This document shows positions 10,670-22,200 of a stretch of DNA of 64,000 bases, piece after piece (the first letter of the stretch is position 1; each line of letters starts with the position of its first letter). Both the position numbers and the translations under genes were made by a program. The notes under the pieces are model-generated. The model had not been told where the DNA came from and searched no databases. It worked only from the letters and a program-made list of their open reading frames with translations. The stretch is from Bacteroidia bacterium. Lineage in GTDB: Bacteria > Bacteroidota > Bacteroidia > JABEUT01. The stretch is taken from assembly GCA_035485295.1 (NCBI GenBank), contig DATHOD010000174.1, positions 3,704 to 67,703 on the forward strand, read 5' to 3'.

Positions 10670-11458
10670 TTATTGGTTAAGTAATTTGAACAGGTCAGTT
10701 AAATCAGGTGATAAAATAATTTCAGTTCTGCGGTTCTTTGCTCTTCCTTCAGCAGTAATATTATCGGCCACAGGATAGTATTTAGACCTGCCTGATGCAA
10801 TAACATTATGCGGATTCACATTATAATCCTTAATAAGTATGCGCGTAATGGAGGTCGCTCTTGCGGTACTTAGAGCCCAGTTATCTTCATATTTCCCTGT
10901 CATGGGAATAGTGTCCGTATGTCCTTCAATGTCTATGGTAATACCTGTAGTTGTATTAAGTACGGTTGCTAATGTTTTCAATGCTTCCTTTCCTTTAGGA
11001 TCAACCTCTGCGCTGCCAGATTTGAATAGAAGTTTCTCTTGTAGTGAAACATAAAGTTTTCCATCTTTTAAAGTTACGGTTAGCTCATCAGGTTTAAAAT
11101 TAACTAGGGCATCTGCTACTGTTTTCTTAAGTTTATTCATCACATCTTTTTGTGCCTGAATAAGACCTTCCAGCGTTTTTAATCGCTTAGCCTGATCATC
11201 AATGGTCATATTAGAGTTCGCCTGATTAGACTGGTAGCTTACTGAGAGATCCTTTATGGAATTTTGCAAATCTACTTTGTCCTTTTCAAGTAATGCCACG
11301 TGTGAATTGCAGTCACTTAGTTTTGAATATGCGGCTGTACTGTCGTTCTGTAGTTTTTTAACTCTATTTCTGGAACTTATTAATTCTCTTTTTGGGACAC
11401 AACCGGTGACTATAATGGCAATAACGGATAGAAGTACAATGTATTTTTTCATGATCAT
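10670..11458 (-). CDS. OmpA-family lipoprotein (coiled-coil N-terminus, OmpA/MotB C-terminal peptidoglycan-binding domain)
   Basis: Lipobox VTGC; OmpA_C motifs NWALSTARATSI and GRAKNRRTEIIL. Confidence 0.8.
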   Translation of the reverse strand: MIMKKYIVLLSVIAIIVTGCVPKRELISSRNRVKKLQNDSTAAYSKLSDCNSHVALLEKDKVDLQNSIKDLSVSYQSNQANSNMTIDDQAKRLKTLEGLIQAQKDVMNKLKKTVADALVNFKPDELTVTLKDGKLYVSLQEKLLFKSGSAEVDPKGKEALKTLATVLNTTTGITIDIEGHTDTIPMTGKYEDNWALSTARATSITRILIKDYNVNPHNVIASGRSKYYPVADNITAEGRAKNRRTEIILSPDLTDLFKLLNQ

Positions 11459-11490
11459 TCTTTGTAAAGTGTGAATTAATTTTCACCGCG

Positions 11491-11546
11491 CAAAGATTGA
11501 TGAAGTTGAATGCATGGTTGTTATATGATTTCTGGAATATGTTACA
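11491..11546 (-). promoter_or_regulatory. bipartite module for the 10670 OmpA lipoprotein (minus strand)
   Basis: CAAAG 11491-11495, TGTTATA 11519-11525, TGTTACA 11540-11546 (21 bp apart). Shares the downstream block GTGAAAATTAATTCACAC with the 9954 gene. Confidence 0.55.
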
Positions 11547-11620
11547 ATATTTATGCGGACACACTAAGTTTTCATAGGAAATGGGACAATACACACCAAG
11601 AACCTTTGCCATATGATTTA

Positions 11621-11676
11621 TGTAAGGAAATCATACAAAAATGTAATACTGTAAAGGTTATATAGCTTCACCTTTG
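11621..11676 (+). promoter_or_regulatory. bipartite module for the CsbD-like gene at 11714
   Basis: TGTAAGG 11621-11627, TGTAATA 11642-11648 (21 bp apart), N23, CTTTG 11672-11676; ATG at 11714. Confidence 0.55.
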
Positions 11677-11713
11677 TTCCATAATTAGTTAATAAAATTC
11701 AAATCATAACATT

Positions 11714-11917
11714 ATGGAAACAACCCGAAGTAAAATAGCTGAATTCCCTAAAGCAAAAGGAAACTGGGATACTCTTTTAAGTAACCTGAAAAAGCATTTC
11801 GCATTACTTCCTGATGTGGAACATAAATTCACTTCCCCTCAAAAAAATGAATTGCTCAGTACGATAGAAGTGAGGTTGAATAGAAATCGTGAAGAGGTGA
11901 CTAACATTAGCAAGTAA
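11714..11917 (+). CDS. CsbD-like general stress protein (divergent)
   Basis: 67 aa with KGNWDTLLSNLKKHF…LLSTIEVRL…NREEV pattern like CsbD. Module upstream. Confidence 0.5.
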   Translation: METTRSKIAEFPKAKGNWDTLLSNLKKHFALLPDVEHKFTSPQKNELLSTIEVRLNRNREEVTNISK

Positions 11918-11968
11918 CTAACTGGCAGATAAAGTCTAAGTTGTCCTTATTTAAGGCAGCACATAAGG

Positions 11969-11995
11969 GCAGGTATAAACCTGCTCTTTCTTCTT
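11969..11995 (+). terminator. weak intrinsic terminator
   Basis: GCAGGT, loop ATAA, ACCTGC, then TCTTTCTTCTT. Confidence 0.35.
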
Positions 11996-12027
11996 GAATA
12001 GGTGGTAGCTTAATCATACAATAGAAT

Positions 12028-14904
12028 ATGGATACATTAATTGGCTTGTTAGATTACGGTCAGAGTTATTGGTTAGACAACCTTACAAGGAAGAAAATAA
12101 CCTCTGGTGAGCTTAAGAAAAGAGTTTCAGGTGAAGGCTTGCGCGGTATTACTTCAAACCCAAGCATATTTAATAAAGCCATTAGTAATAGTACTGATTA
12201 TGATGAGCAAATCAGTTCATTAGTAAAAGAAGGTAAAACAGTTGCACAGATTTACGACGCACTTACAATAAAAGATGTTCAGGAGGCGTGCGATATTCTA
12301 AAGACTGTATATGATCAATCTGCCGGTACCGATGGTTTTGTAAGCTTGGAAGTGTTGCCGTATTTGGCACATGATACCGAAGGTACAATGAAGGAAGCCC
12401 GTAGGTTATCGAATCTAGTAGGAAGACAGAATTGCCTTATTAAAATCCCCGGTACCCACGAAGGTATTCAGGCTATTGAGCAGATGCTTTACGAAGGGAT
12501 CAATATAAATGTAACACTTCTTTTCTCTGTTAAAAGATATATTGAAGTTGCCAATGCGCATATTAGAGCTATTGTAAGAAAAATTACCGAGGGAAAGCCA
12601 ATAAACAATATTATTTCTGTGGCGAGTGTTTTTATTAGCAGAATAGATATTCTTACTGACCAGTTATTAGGGCAACGTATTGTCCAGTTTAAAGATGGTG
12701 ATGCGAACTGTGGGCCTGAATCACTCTTAGGTAAGGCTGGAACAGCAACCGCCCAATTGGTATACCAACAATTTAAAGAACTCTTTAATAGTAAGAACTG
12801 GGATGAGTTGGAAGAAAAGGGAGCCAAAATGCAGCGCCCTTTATGGGCAAGTACAAGCAATAAGGATCCTATGTATAATGATCTTCGCTATGTAGAATCC
12901 TTAATTGGGAAGAATACAATCAATACCCTACCTGATGAGACTATAACTGCTCTCGCTCAACATGGTGATCTAAAAAGTGACACCATTGAAAAAGGTCTTG
13001 TAGAAGCCACTCAATTGTTTACTGAATTGGATGCACTAGGCATTAACATTGATTTTATAACCCAACAACTGGAAAATGAGGGTATACAAAAATTTACTGA
13101 TGCCTATAATGAATTAATTAAAAACCTTGCAAGTAAGCGATTGAAGATACTAGGAAATCAGGCTTCGCAGCAAATGATAAGCTATGGAAAGCTGGAAGCT
13201 GAAATAAACTCAGGCTACAACTCAGTGGATGAAAAGCAGATAGGTAGGCTTTTATTTGCAAAGGATCCTTACTTATGGAAAGCAGGTATTGAGCAGGTAA
13301 AAGAAATAAGTCATCGCTTAGGGTGGTTAAGTCTGCCTGATAATTTTGTTGAAAATGCTGAAAGTCTTATTAAGTTTTCTGAAGAGATTAAAAATGAAGG
13401 TTATACAGATGCAGTATTACTTGGCATGGGTGGTAGCAGCCTGTGTTCTGAAGTAGCTAGAGAAACATTTGGAACGAAAAATGGGTACCTCAAATTATCT
13501 GTTCTAGATAACACAGCCCCTGCTGCAATATTAGAATTAGAGAATAAGATAGATATTAATAAAACGCTCTTTATTGTGGCCAGTAAATCAGGCAATACAG
13601 AAGAGACATTGAGCTTTTTCCGTTATTTCTACGAACAATTAGAGAAGACAGGTAAACATCGGCCAGGGAATAGTTTTGTTGCAATAACTGATGATGGCAC
13701 TCCATTGGTTAAAATTGCTGAAGAAAATAGTTTTAGGAAAATATTCCTGAACTCCCCTGATTTGGGTGGCCGTTATTCGGTCTTATCAGATTTTGGATTG
13801 GTACCCATGGCGTTAATGGGAATTGATATTAACGCACTTCTATCTAGTGCCAAACAAATGGAAAGCAGTTGTGATTCAGTTCCTGCATCAGCCAACCCTG
13901 GTATTAGTTTGGGTATAGTTCTTGGTGTTTGTCAGAAGCGTGGACGAAACAAAGTCACATTTGTATTGTCTTCTTCTATAAGTTCCTTCGGTTTATGGGC
14001 GGAGCAATTACTAGCGGAAAGTACTGGTAAAGAAGGCCGTGGTCTTATTCCGATTAATGGTGAACTGCTTGGCGTCCCTTCAGTATATAGGAACGATAGA
14101 GTATTTGTACATATGTATCTGCCTACTGATAATAATTATGCTGATGAGAAAAAACTGAAAGCACTTGAAGCAGCAGGTCATCCTGTTATTAGAATTTGCC
14201 TAACAAATGAAATTGCCTTAGGTGGAGAATATTATCGTTGGGAGATAGCTGCAGCCATTGCCGGGATTGTAATGGGTATTAACTCATTTGACCAGCCAAA
14301 TGTAGAAGAGAGTAAAAAAAACACGAATCAACTACTTGAAGAATGGAAGAAAGAAGGCTCTTTTAAAACGGCAATACCGCTTTTGAAAACAGAAGCCATC
14401 TCTATTTATGGAGGAAAAGCAATTGAGAAGTTCGCTATTGACCAATATGAATCAATGGGAGATTTCGTAAGAGATTTCACCGAACAGGCAAGGGAAGGTG
14501 ATTATATCGCGCTATTACCATATTTCCTCATGACAGGTCATAGAACGAAAATATTGCAAGCGTGGAGGCAGCAAATGAGGGATGAGTTAAAAGTTGCCAC
14601 TACAATGCTAAATGGCCCTCGGTATCTACATTCTACCGGGCAATTGCATAAAGGTGGCCCCGATACCGGATTATATATTTTACTAATTGGAGATGAAGAG
14701 GAAGTATTGTCAATTCCAGAAGAAAAATTTGGTTTTGAGACATTGCATCAGGCACAAGCTCTTGGTGATTTCCGTTCACTCAATGATAAAGGCCGTAGAG
14801 TTATTCGTATAAACCTAGGCTGTGATATTGACTCCGGGCTAAATAAGTTGTATAGGTCGATTAAAGGCGCGAACAGGCTTAAGGTTTCACACCAACTTAT
14901 ATGA
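12028..14904 (+). CDS. bifunctional transaldolase / glucose-6-phosphate isomerase fusion protein
   Basis: N-terminal transaldolase (DNLTRKKI…GITSNPSIF). C-terminal PGI domain (VLLGMGGSSLCSEVA, SKSGNTEETL); 958 aa. Confidence 0.85.
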   Translation: MDTLIGLLDYGQSYWLDNLTRKKITSGELKKRVSGEGLRGITSNPSIFNKAISNSTDYDEQISSLVKEGKTVAQIYDALTIKDVQEACDILKTVYDQSAGTDGFVSLEVLPYLAHDTEGTMKEARRLSNLVGRQNCLIKIPGTHEGIQAIEQMLYEGININVTLLFSVKRYIEVANAHIRAIVRKITEGKPINNIISVASVFISRIDILTDQLLGQRIVQFKDGDANCGPESLLGKAGTATAQLVYQQFKELFNSKNWDELEEKGAKMQRPLWASTSNKDPMYNDLRYVESLIGKNTINTLPDETITALAQHGDLKSDTIEKGLVEATQLFTELDALGINIDFITQQLENEGIQKFTDAYNELIKNLASKRLKILGNQASQQMISYGKLEAEINSGYNSVDEKQIGRLLFAKDPYLWKAGIEQVKEISHRLGWLSLPDNFVENAESLIKFSEEIKNEGYTDAVLLGMGGSSLCSEVARETFGTKNGYLKLSVLDNTAPAAILELENKIDINKTLFIVASKSGNTEETLSFFRYFYEQLEKTGKHRPGNSFVAITDDGTPLVKIAEENSFRKIFLNSPDLGGRYSVLSDFGLVPMALMGIDINALLSSAKQMESSCDSVPASANPGISLGIVLGVCQKRGRNKVTFVLSSSISSFGLWAEQLLAESTGKEGRGLIPINGELLGVPSVYRNDRVFVHMYLPTDNNYADEKKLKALEAAGHPVIRICLTNEIALGGEYYRWEIAAAIAGIVMGINSFDQPNVEESKKNTNQLLEEWKKEGSFKTAIPLLKTEAISIYGGKAIEKFAIDQYESMGDFVRDFTEQAREGDYIALLPYFLMTGHRTKILQAWRQQMRDELKVATTMLNGPRYLHSTGQLHKGGPDTGLYILLIGDEEEVLSIPEEKFGFETLHQAQALGDFRSLNDKGRRVIRINLGCDIDSGLNKLYRSIKGANRLKVSHQLI

Positions 14905-15545
14905 AAGATAAAATTGTAACTACACTATTTCTTGATATTGGAGGAGTTCTGCTTAGCAATGGGTGGGGGGCTGAACAACGCACAAAGGCTATAGAGCATT
15001 TCAAACTTGATAGCAGTGAAATGAATGAGCGGCATCATTTGACATTTGATACTTACGAGGAAGGCAAATTAGATTTTAAAGAATATTTAAAACGGATTGT
15101 CTTTTATGAAGAAAGGCAATTTTCGGAGGATGAGTTTATAAAATTCATGTTTAAGCAATCGCTTGTTTACCAGGATGCAATTAATTTCTTTAAGGAAATT
15201 AAAAAACAGAACAACCTTAAAGTGATTGCAGTCAATAATGAAGGCAGGGAGTTGAATGCTTACCGAATAACAGAATTCAAACTGAATGAATTATTCGATG
15301 CTTTTGTCTCATCTTCATTTGTGCACATGCGCAAACCCGATGCAGATATATTCCGCATGGCAATTGACATATCGCAAACAACACCTGAACACTCACTATA
15401 TATTGATGACAGGTTAATGTTTGTTGAAGTAGCAAAGTCTTTAGGTATGTATGGAATACATTACCAGGGTTTGGAAAAGACTAAAAGCCTTTTAAAGGAA
15501 TACAAATTTGAAATGGAAGATGTAAAGAAAACAGCTAATAGTTAG
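14901..15545 (+). CDS. HAD-superfamily hydrolase
   Basis: Motif I LFLDIGGVL (DxGGV variant); size and overlap with the PPP genes. Confidence 0.6.
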   Translation: MKDKIVTTLFLDIGGVLLSNGWGAEQRTKAIEHFKLDSSEMNERHHLTFDTYEEGKLDFKEYLKRIVFYEERQFSEDEFIKFMFKQSLVYQDAINFFKEIKKQNNLKVIAVNNEGRELNAYRITEFKLNELFDAFVSSSFVHMRKPDADIFRMAIDISQTTPEHSLYIDDRLMFVEVAKSLGMYGIHYQGLEKTKSLLKEYKFEMEDVKKTANS

Positions 15546-15549
15546 AAAA

Positions 15550-16971
15550 ATGACTGAGAAGAAATACGATTATGGAATGATTGGATTGGGAACGATGGGA
15601 CGTAATCTTGTTTTCAATATAAATGATCATGGATATAGTGTTGCAGGGTTTGATAAGGACAATTCACAAGTGGAAACACTTAAAAACGAAGCAGCCAACC
15701 GTGAGATAATTGCCACTACCCAACTCGATGAATTTGTAAAGGGACTTAAAACCCCAAGAGTTATTATTATGCTTGTCCCAGCCGGGCGAATAGTAGATGA
15801 TGTTATACATGAATTAAAACCTCTTTTGTCAGAAAATGACTTATTGATCGATTGTGGTAATTCTCATTTTACCGATACAAACCGGAGAGATGATCTATTA
15901 GCAAAATCAGCTATTCACTTTATGGGTGTGGGTGTTTCAGGAGGCGAATCAGGTGCGCGTTATGGGCCCAGCATTATGCCTGGCGGTCCAAAGCAAGTAT
16001 ATGAACGCGTATCTAGTATATTTGAAGCTATTTCAGCTAAGGTGAAGGAAAGGCCTTGTGTGGCTTGGCTAGGAGAAGGCTCAGCAGGGCATTATGTCAA
16101 AATGGTACATAATGGAATAGAGTATGGGCTAATGCAACTTATATCAGAGTCATATCATTTGTTGAAGTCTGCCTGCAATATAGATAATGATGAACTGCAT
16201 AAAGTCTATTCAAAATGGAATGAAGGATTATTGCATTCATTTCTTATAGAGATTACGGCCGATATTTTTGCTCAAAAAGATGAGCTTACAAGTAACCACC
16301 TAATAGACATGATACTTGACAGTGCACATCAAAAAGGGACAGGTGGGTGGACTTCGGAGGATGCAATGAAGCTACAGGTGCCAATACCTGATATTGATAT
16401 TGCTGTTTCCATGCGCGATTTATCAGCTTATAAAAAGGAACGGGAAGTTGCCCAGCATAGACTTGGTGGCCCCGGAGCTAAATATAAAGGCAGTAAGGAT
16501 GAACTAGTTGCTTTACTGGAACGTGCACTTTATTTCTCTATGATCACTACGTATGCTCAAGGAATGGCTCTGTTGCATGTTGCATCGAAAGAATATAAAT
16601 ATGAGTTGAACCTGGAGAGCATAGCGGGTATTTGGAGAGGTGGGTGTATTATTCGAGCTTCTTTATTGGAAGATATCCGAATTGCTTTTTCTCAACATCC
16701 CGATTTATCTAACCTTTTACTAAACGATAAAATCTCCCACGAATTAAGACAGTCGCAACCCGGAATTCGTAAAGTTATTCAGGTAGCTGTTGAAACCGGG
16801 GTCCCGATACCTGCTATAATGGGCTCATTAGCTTATTATGACAGTTATAGGAGTGGTTGGTTACCCGCGAATTTAATACAGGCTCAACGTGATTATTTTG
16901 GGGCACATACATACGAACGTAACGACAGGGACGGTTCTTTTCATACACAATGGAATCAAACAAAAAAGTAG
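15550..16971 (+). CDS. gnd: 6-phosphogluconate dehydrogenase (decarboxylating)
   Basis: NAD(P)-binding [12 protein letters not shown]; conserved 6PGD core including [13 protein letters not shown]. Confidence 0.9.
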   Translation: MTEKKYDYGMIGLGTMGRNLVFNINDHGYSVAGFDKDNSQVETLKNEAANREIIATTQLDEFVKGLKTPRVIIMLVPAGRIVDDVIHELKPLLSENDLLIDCGNSHFTDTNRRDDLLAKSAIHFMGVGVSGGESGARYGPSIMPGGPKQVYERVSSIFEAISAKVKERPCVAWLGEGSAGHYVKMVHNGIEYGLMQLISESYHLLKSACNIDNDELHKVYSKWNEGLLHSFLIEITADIFAQKDELTSNHLIDMILDSAHQKGTGGWTSEDAMKLQVPIPDIDIAVSMRDLSAYKKEREVAQHRLGGPGAKYKGSKDELVALLERALYFSMITTYAQGMALLHVASKEYKYELNLESIAGIWRGGCIIRASLLEDIRIAFSQHPDLSNLLLNDKISHELRQSQPGIRKVIQVAVETGVPIPAIMGSLAYYDSYRSGWLPANLIQAQRDYFGAHTYERNDRDGSFHTQWNQTKK

Positions 16972-16972
16972 A

Positions 16973-18490
16973 ATGGAATCGAAGTTAAGAACAACGCCCA
17001 CAATTATTATTATTCTTGGCGCAACAGGGGACTTAGCATGGCGGAAGTTAATTCCCGCTATTTATAACTTATACCTTGATAGCTGGATACCGGATGAGTT
17101 CGCTGTAATTGGAATAGGTCGAAATAAGGTAAGCGAACAGGCCTTTACTAAACATTTACATGAGGGCGTAGACAAATTTTCACGAAGAGGCAAGGCAAAA
17201 AAAAGTGAATGGGACAAATTTGCAAAATGCCTATCCTACTCAAAGGGTGAGTTTAATGCCAGTTCAACCTATTCCAATATTGAGAAGCAAATAAAACAAA
17301 TTGAAAAGAAGTGGAAGTCAACTGCTAACCGCATTTTTTATATGGCTGTTCCGCCTAATTCATTTGAAGATATTGCAATTAGGATAGGGGAGTCATGCCT
17401 GGCAAAGAATAAGTTACAGAGCCGTATTGTAGTTGAAAAACCTTTTGGGCATGACCTTGAAAGTGCGAAGCATCTGAATAATCTGTTGCATACTATATTC
17501 GATGAATCACAGATCTATCGCATCGATCATTATCTGGGCAAAGAAACGGTTCAGAATATTTTGGCCTTTCGTTTTGCCAATGCACTGTTTGAGCCAACAT
17601 GGAACCGAAATTATATTGACAGTGTTCAAATAACCGTGTCGGAACAATTGGGAGTGGAGAACAGGGGGAATTATTATGAAACTGCCGGTGCCCTTCGTGA
17701 TATGATACAGAACCACATATTGCAACTTCTATGCCTTATTGCAATGGAGCCTCCGGTTTCTTTCGAAGCCGATGAAGTGCGAAACCGAAAGGTGGATGTG
17801 CTGAATGCTTTACGAAAGATTCGCCCAGAAGAAGTTCACCAATATGCCGTTCGTGGGCAATATGGAAAGGGCTGGATACAAGGAAAGAAAGTAATAGGAT
17901 ACAGGCAAGAACCTGATGTGAGCCCAACCTCGACTAAAGAAACATTTGCAGCTGTAAAGCTGTTTATAGATAATTGGAGATGGCAAGGGGTGCCTTTTTA
18001 TCTGCGAACAGGTAAACGCATGAATGAAACAATTTCTGTTATAACCATACAATTCAGGCCCGTACCCCATCAGTCATTTCCACCTGAAGCAACGGGTAAC
18101 TGGCAGCCAAACAGGTTGATTTTAAATATACAACCACATATGGGCATTCGTATGCGCTTCCAGGCAAAACGGCCGGGACTCGAAATGATTCTGTATCCTG
18201 TTGATATGCAATTTAACTATGATGAATCATATACTTCAGGAACGCCAGAAGCGTATGAAACGTTATTATTAGATATAATGGAAGGTGACTCAACTTTGTT
18301 TATGCGTGCCGATCAGGTAGAAGCAGCATGGAAAGCACTTATGCCTGTCATCAATTCATGGGAAACAAACCCTTCTGTCAATTTCCCTAATTACGAAGCA
18401 GGTATGCAGGGGCCTGAGGACGCTGAAGCGCTTATTGCAAAAAACGGACATAGTTGGGTGGTAATGCCAACGGAGAAGAATGGAGGCTAA
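16973..18490 (+). CDS. zwf: glucose-6-phosphate 1-dehydrogenase
   Basis: [29 protein letters not shown]. Start moved to the ATG at 16973, right after the gnd stop. The track ORF from 16889 overlaps gnd. Confidence 0.9.
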   Translation: MESKLRTTPTIIIILGATGDLAWRKLIPAIYNLYLDSWIPDEFAVIGIGRNKVSEQAFTKHLHEGVDKFSRRGKAKKSEWDKFAKCLSYSKGEFNASSTYSNIEKQIKQIEKKWKSTANRIFYMAVPPNSFEDIAIRIGESCLAKNKLQSRIVVEKPFGHDLESAKHLNNLLHTIFDESQIYRIDHYLGKETVQNILAFRFANALFEPTWNRNYIDSVQITVSEQLGVENRGNYYETAGALRDMIQNHILQLLCLIAMEPPVSFEADEVRNRKVDVLNALRKIRPEEVHQYAVRGQYGKGWIQGKKVIGYRQEPDVSPTSTKETFAAVKLFIDNWRWQGVPFYLRTGKRMNETISVITIQFRPVPHQSFPPEATGNWQPNRLILNIQPHMGIRMRFQAKRPGLEMILYPVDMQFNYDESYTSGTPEAYETLLLDIMEGDSTLFMRADQVEAAWKALMPVINSWETNPSVNFPNYEAGMQGPEDAEALIAKNGHSWVVMPTEKNGG

Positions 18491-19223
18491 ATCAACATAC
18501 CAGCTTAAGGCTTTTCAGACTGTTGACGATCTCAACCAATCTGCTGCAAAACTTATTATAGAAATTGCAAATAAAGCTATTGCTGAAAGAGGGAAGTTTT
18601 CTATTTCACTTTCTGGTGGACAAACACCTATGGAATTATATTCACTCTTAGCGCAAACTCCTTTTTGTGAAGAACTTCCATGGAAGAATACAAGTGTTTT
18701 CTGGTGTGACGAACGTTGTGTTCCTGAAACAGACGTTAAGAATAATGCCCATCAGGCAAAATCAGTTCTTCTCGATAAGGTGAATATTCCCATATCTAAT
18801 ATCCATTCAGTTCAAGTGAATCTATCGCCTGCTGCTGCAGCCATTGAGTATGAAAAAGAAATAAGAAATTATTTCAGGGAAGAACCTATATGCTTCGATC
18901 TAATTCTACTTGGAGTAGGAGAGAATGGACATACAGCTTCTTTATTTCATGGTACAAAAGTAATAGATGAACATGCCGAAGGAGTAAGAGAAGTATATAT
19001 TGAAGATGAAAATATGTCTCGGATTACCATGACAGCAGCATTGATAAATAGAGCCCATAACATCCTTTTCCTGGTAACAGGAAAAAAGAAGGCAGAAATA
19101 ATGCAAGCAATATTCTCTGCTTCTGCATTGCCTGATAAGTACCCTGCGCAATTAATCAAACCTAGTAACGGAGAATTATTTTGGTTTGTTGATCAGGCAG
19201 CTGCGGCGCTTATTAGCAAATAA
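18480..19223 (+). CDS. pgl: 6-phosphogluconolactonase
   Basis: [11 protein letters not shown] and [11 protein letters not shown] motifs of the DevB/Pgl family. Confidence 0.85.
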   Translation: MEAKSTYQLKAFQTVDDLNQSAAKLIIEIANKAIAERGKFSISLSGGQTPMELYSLLAQTPFCEELPWKNTSVFWCDERCVPETDVKNNAHQAKSVLLDKVNIPISNIHSVQVNLSPAAAAIEYEKEIRNYFREEPICFDLILLGVGENGHTASLFHGTKVIDEHAEGVREVYIEDENMSRITMTAALINRAHNILFLVTGKKKAEIMQAIFSASALPDKYPAQLIKPSNGELFWFVDQAAAALISK

Positions 19224-19249
19224 TACCTGCTTCGCAATTCCACTCAGTT

Positions 19250-22200
19250 TCAAATTAGGAGTTCTCTATTAGTACATAATACTATTCCTATTGAATGGCC
19301 TATACCATCATCTACCAGAGTAATAATACCGCTCTTTTCCTCGATACCATCTACACTTACAATAGTCTCTCCCACGCTTTCCTTTTGAGTTACTACAATA
19401 TTATAAGTGGTTTTCATGTAACGATAATGTATGGTGAACGATTCCCATTCGGTGGGAACACAGGGTGCTATCTTTAGTTTATTCCCTTCCTGCTGCAAGC
19501 CAAGAAATGATTGTGTAATAAGCTGATACATCCATCCTGCGGAGCCTGTATACCATGTCCAGCCGCCACGTCCTGCATGCGGTGCACATCCATATACATC
19601 TGCTGCCAATACGTATGATTCAACCTTATAAATTCCAATCTCATCAGCACTTTTGCCATGGTTAATAGGGTTTACCATATTCAAAAGCTCCCATACTTTT
19701 TTCTTATCACCTAATTTGGCAAAAGCCATTATCATCCATATAGCGGCATGGGTATATTGTCCACCATTCTCGCGAACTCCCGGCACATATCCTTTTATGT
19801 ATCCGGGGTTTAAATCAGATTTATCGAATGGTGGTTCAAGTAACTGAATTACCCGTGTGTCTTTCTGAACAAGATTTTTATAGGCAGCTTCCATTGCAAC
19901 ATTTACTTTCTTTTCCTCTCCTGCACCTGATATTACTGACCAACTTTGTGCTATAGAATCTATTTTGCATTCTTCATTCATAGATGACCCCAATGGAGTG
20001 CCATTATCAAACCATGCACGCTTGTACCATTGTCCGTCCCAGGCATTTGCGTCAATATTCTTTTTTAACTTCTCTGCTTCTTTTGTGCACAACTCAGCAA
20101 ATTGTGAATCTTTAAATAAGCCTGCAGTTTCTGAAAACTTAATCAGTACGTCGTAAAGAAAGAATGCCATCCATACACTTTCTCCTTTACCATTAATACC
20201 AATCTTATCATACCCATCATTCCAATCTCCTGCGCCAATTAACGGTAAACCATGTTCTCCATATCGGAAGCCATGTTTGATGGCAAGTACACAATGAGCG
20301 TAAAGCTTAGCTGAATTAAGAGATATGGCAGGTGTATCATAATACGATTCCACTCCGGTGCCTAATGGCCGACCTTCAAGGAAGGTTACGGTTTCATCAA
20401 GTACTCCAATGTCACCTGTATGCGATATATATAATGATGTTACAAGTGGTAGCCATAGAAAATCATCAGAACATCTGGTACGGGTACCCTGGCCAATAGG
20501 AGGGTGCCACCAATGTTGTACATCACCCTCTGGAAATTGACGTGATGCACAGAGCAATATCTGTTCACGTGCCAAATGTGGTTGAGTATGAAGTAATGAC
20601 AAGACATCTTGCAGTTGGTCACGGAATCCAAACGCTCCGCCTGATTGATAAAACCCGCTGCGTCCCCAAAGCCTCGATGAAAGTGTTTGATATGTCAGCC
20701 AACCGTTTGTAATAAGGTTAAGTGCCGCATCAGGCGTTTCAACTCGTACAGCACTAAGAGTATGTTTCCAGTAGTTCTTTATTCTTTCCAGTGAATCATG
20801 TGCAACATCACTACCTCTGAATTGTCTTGCAATTCTACTTGCGTCACCGGCATCTCTTCCTGCTCCAAGCCTGAAGATGACTTCTGTCTCTTCGCCATCG
20901 GCCAGGTCAAATGGAACCTGGATGGCGGCACATGGGTCAAGCGCTAGGCCAATCTTTCCGGAAAGTTTCACGCGAGACATAGCATCTGGGTTTTGTAAAG
21001 TGCCATTCCTGCCTATGAACTCGATGCGATCTGCCGTAAATGTTTTTTTCGTAAAATCCACGTCGAAAAATGCTACTCTGTTTGCAAACTCTTTATTATA
21101 CGGATTCTTTCCAAAAAGAGCGCCGCTATCAGGGTCAATTTCAGTATGAATATGCATGGCAGTCTTCGCCCTGTTATTGTCAAGAACCCATTCTATGTAC
21201 CCGGTAGCGGAAAGTTTACGAGGCCTGCCAGACTGATTTCGTATTTTAAATGCTATAAACTTAATGGGCGAATCGATATCGACATAAGTCGTCATTTCCG
21301 AGTATATACCATCTTCAATATGTTCGAAGGCGCTATATCCAAAACCATGGCGTGTTATGTAAGCTGAATCACCTCCTGTAGGAAGAAGGGTAGTAGACCA
21401 GAAAGTCCCATTTTCTTCATCACGCAAATAAAATGTTTCCCCACCTGTATCGCATACAGGGTCATCATTCCATGGCGTAAGTCTTAGTTCATGAGCATTT
21501 TCAGTCCATGTATAAGCCGAACCACTTTCTGAAATAACAGTTCCAAAATTTGGATTCGCTATCACATTAACCCAGGGTGCAGGAGTTTTGTTCTTACTAT
21601 CTATTCGAATAATATATTCACTGCCATCTGGAGAAAAGCCTCCAAGTCCATTAAAAAATAAAAGTCCTTCAGGCAGTGCAACATCTGTTACGATTGGCTT
21701 ATGTGGCTGTGTGGGTGAAATATATGGAATAATAACCTTTTGTAGCTGTTTACGCTGAATATGGTCAGCTAATGCTCCACCATTATCAGAAATATTAATG
21801 CGTGCCACTGTTTGAAATAAAATACGGTCCTCATTTGATATCTGGTCTGATGCTCTTACAAAAATCCCACCCGGGCGATCAGCTAATTCTGCTGGTACCA
21901 ATGATTGAATTTCATTTTGGAAAATCTGCCGGTAGCCACTATGTTCCTCATTCCAAATTACAAGATCAACAGCAAGCCCTTTCAAACGCCAATAGGAATG
22001 GGCCTGTATAAGCTGTTTCACCAATTGCATATTCGCCTGCTTTTCAATTTTCAACAGCACAATAGGCAGATCTCCTGAAATTGAATACCCCCACAAGCCT
22101 GATTGACCACGATGATTATTGATGAGTATAGATGGGTCAGCACGAAATGAAGGATTTGTAAATAGAATAGAACTTGCAAGTTGTCCATATAATTGTGCGT

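Noticed and set aside
16889-16972. Upstream extension of zwf overlapping gnd by 83 nt
   Set aside because: An ATG at 16973 sits 1 nt after the gnd stop, and the encoded [22 protein letters not shown] matches canonical Zwf N-termini. The extension is probably an artefact of taking the longest ORF.
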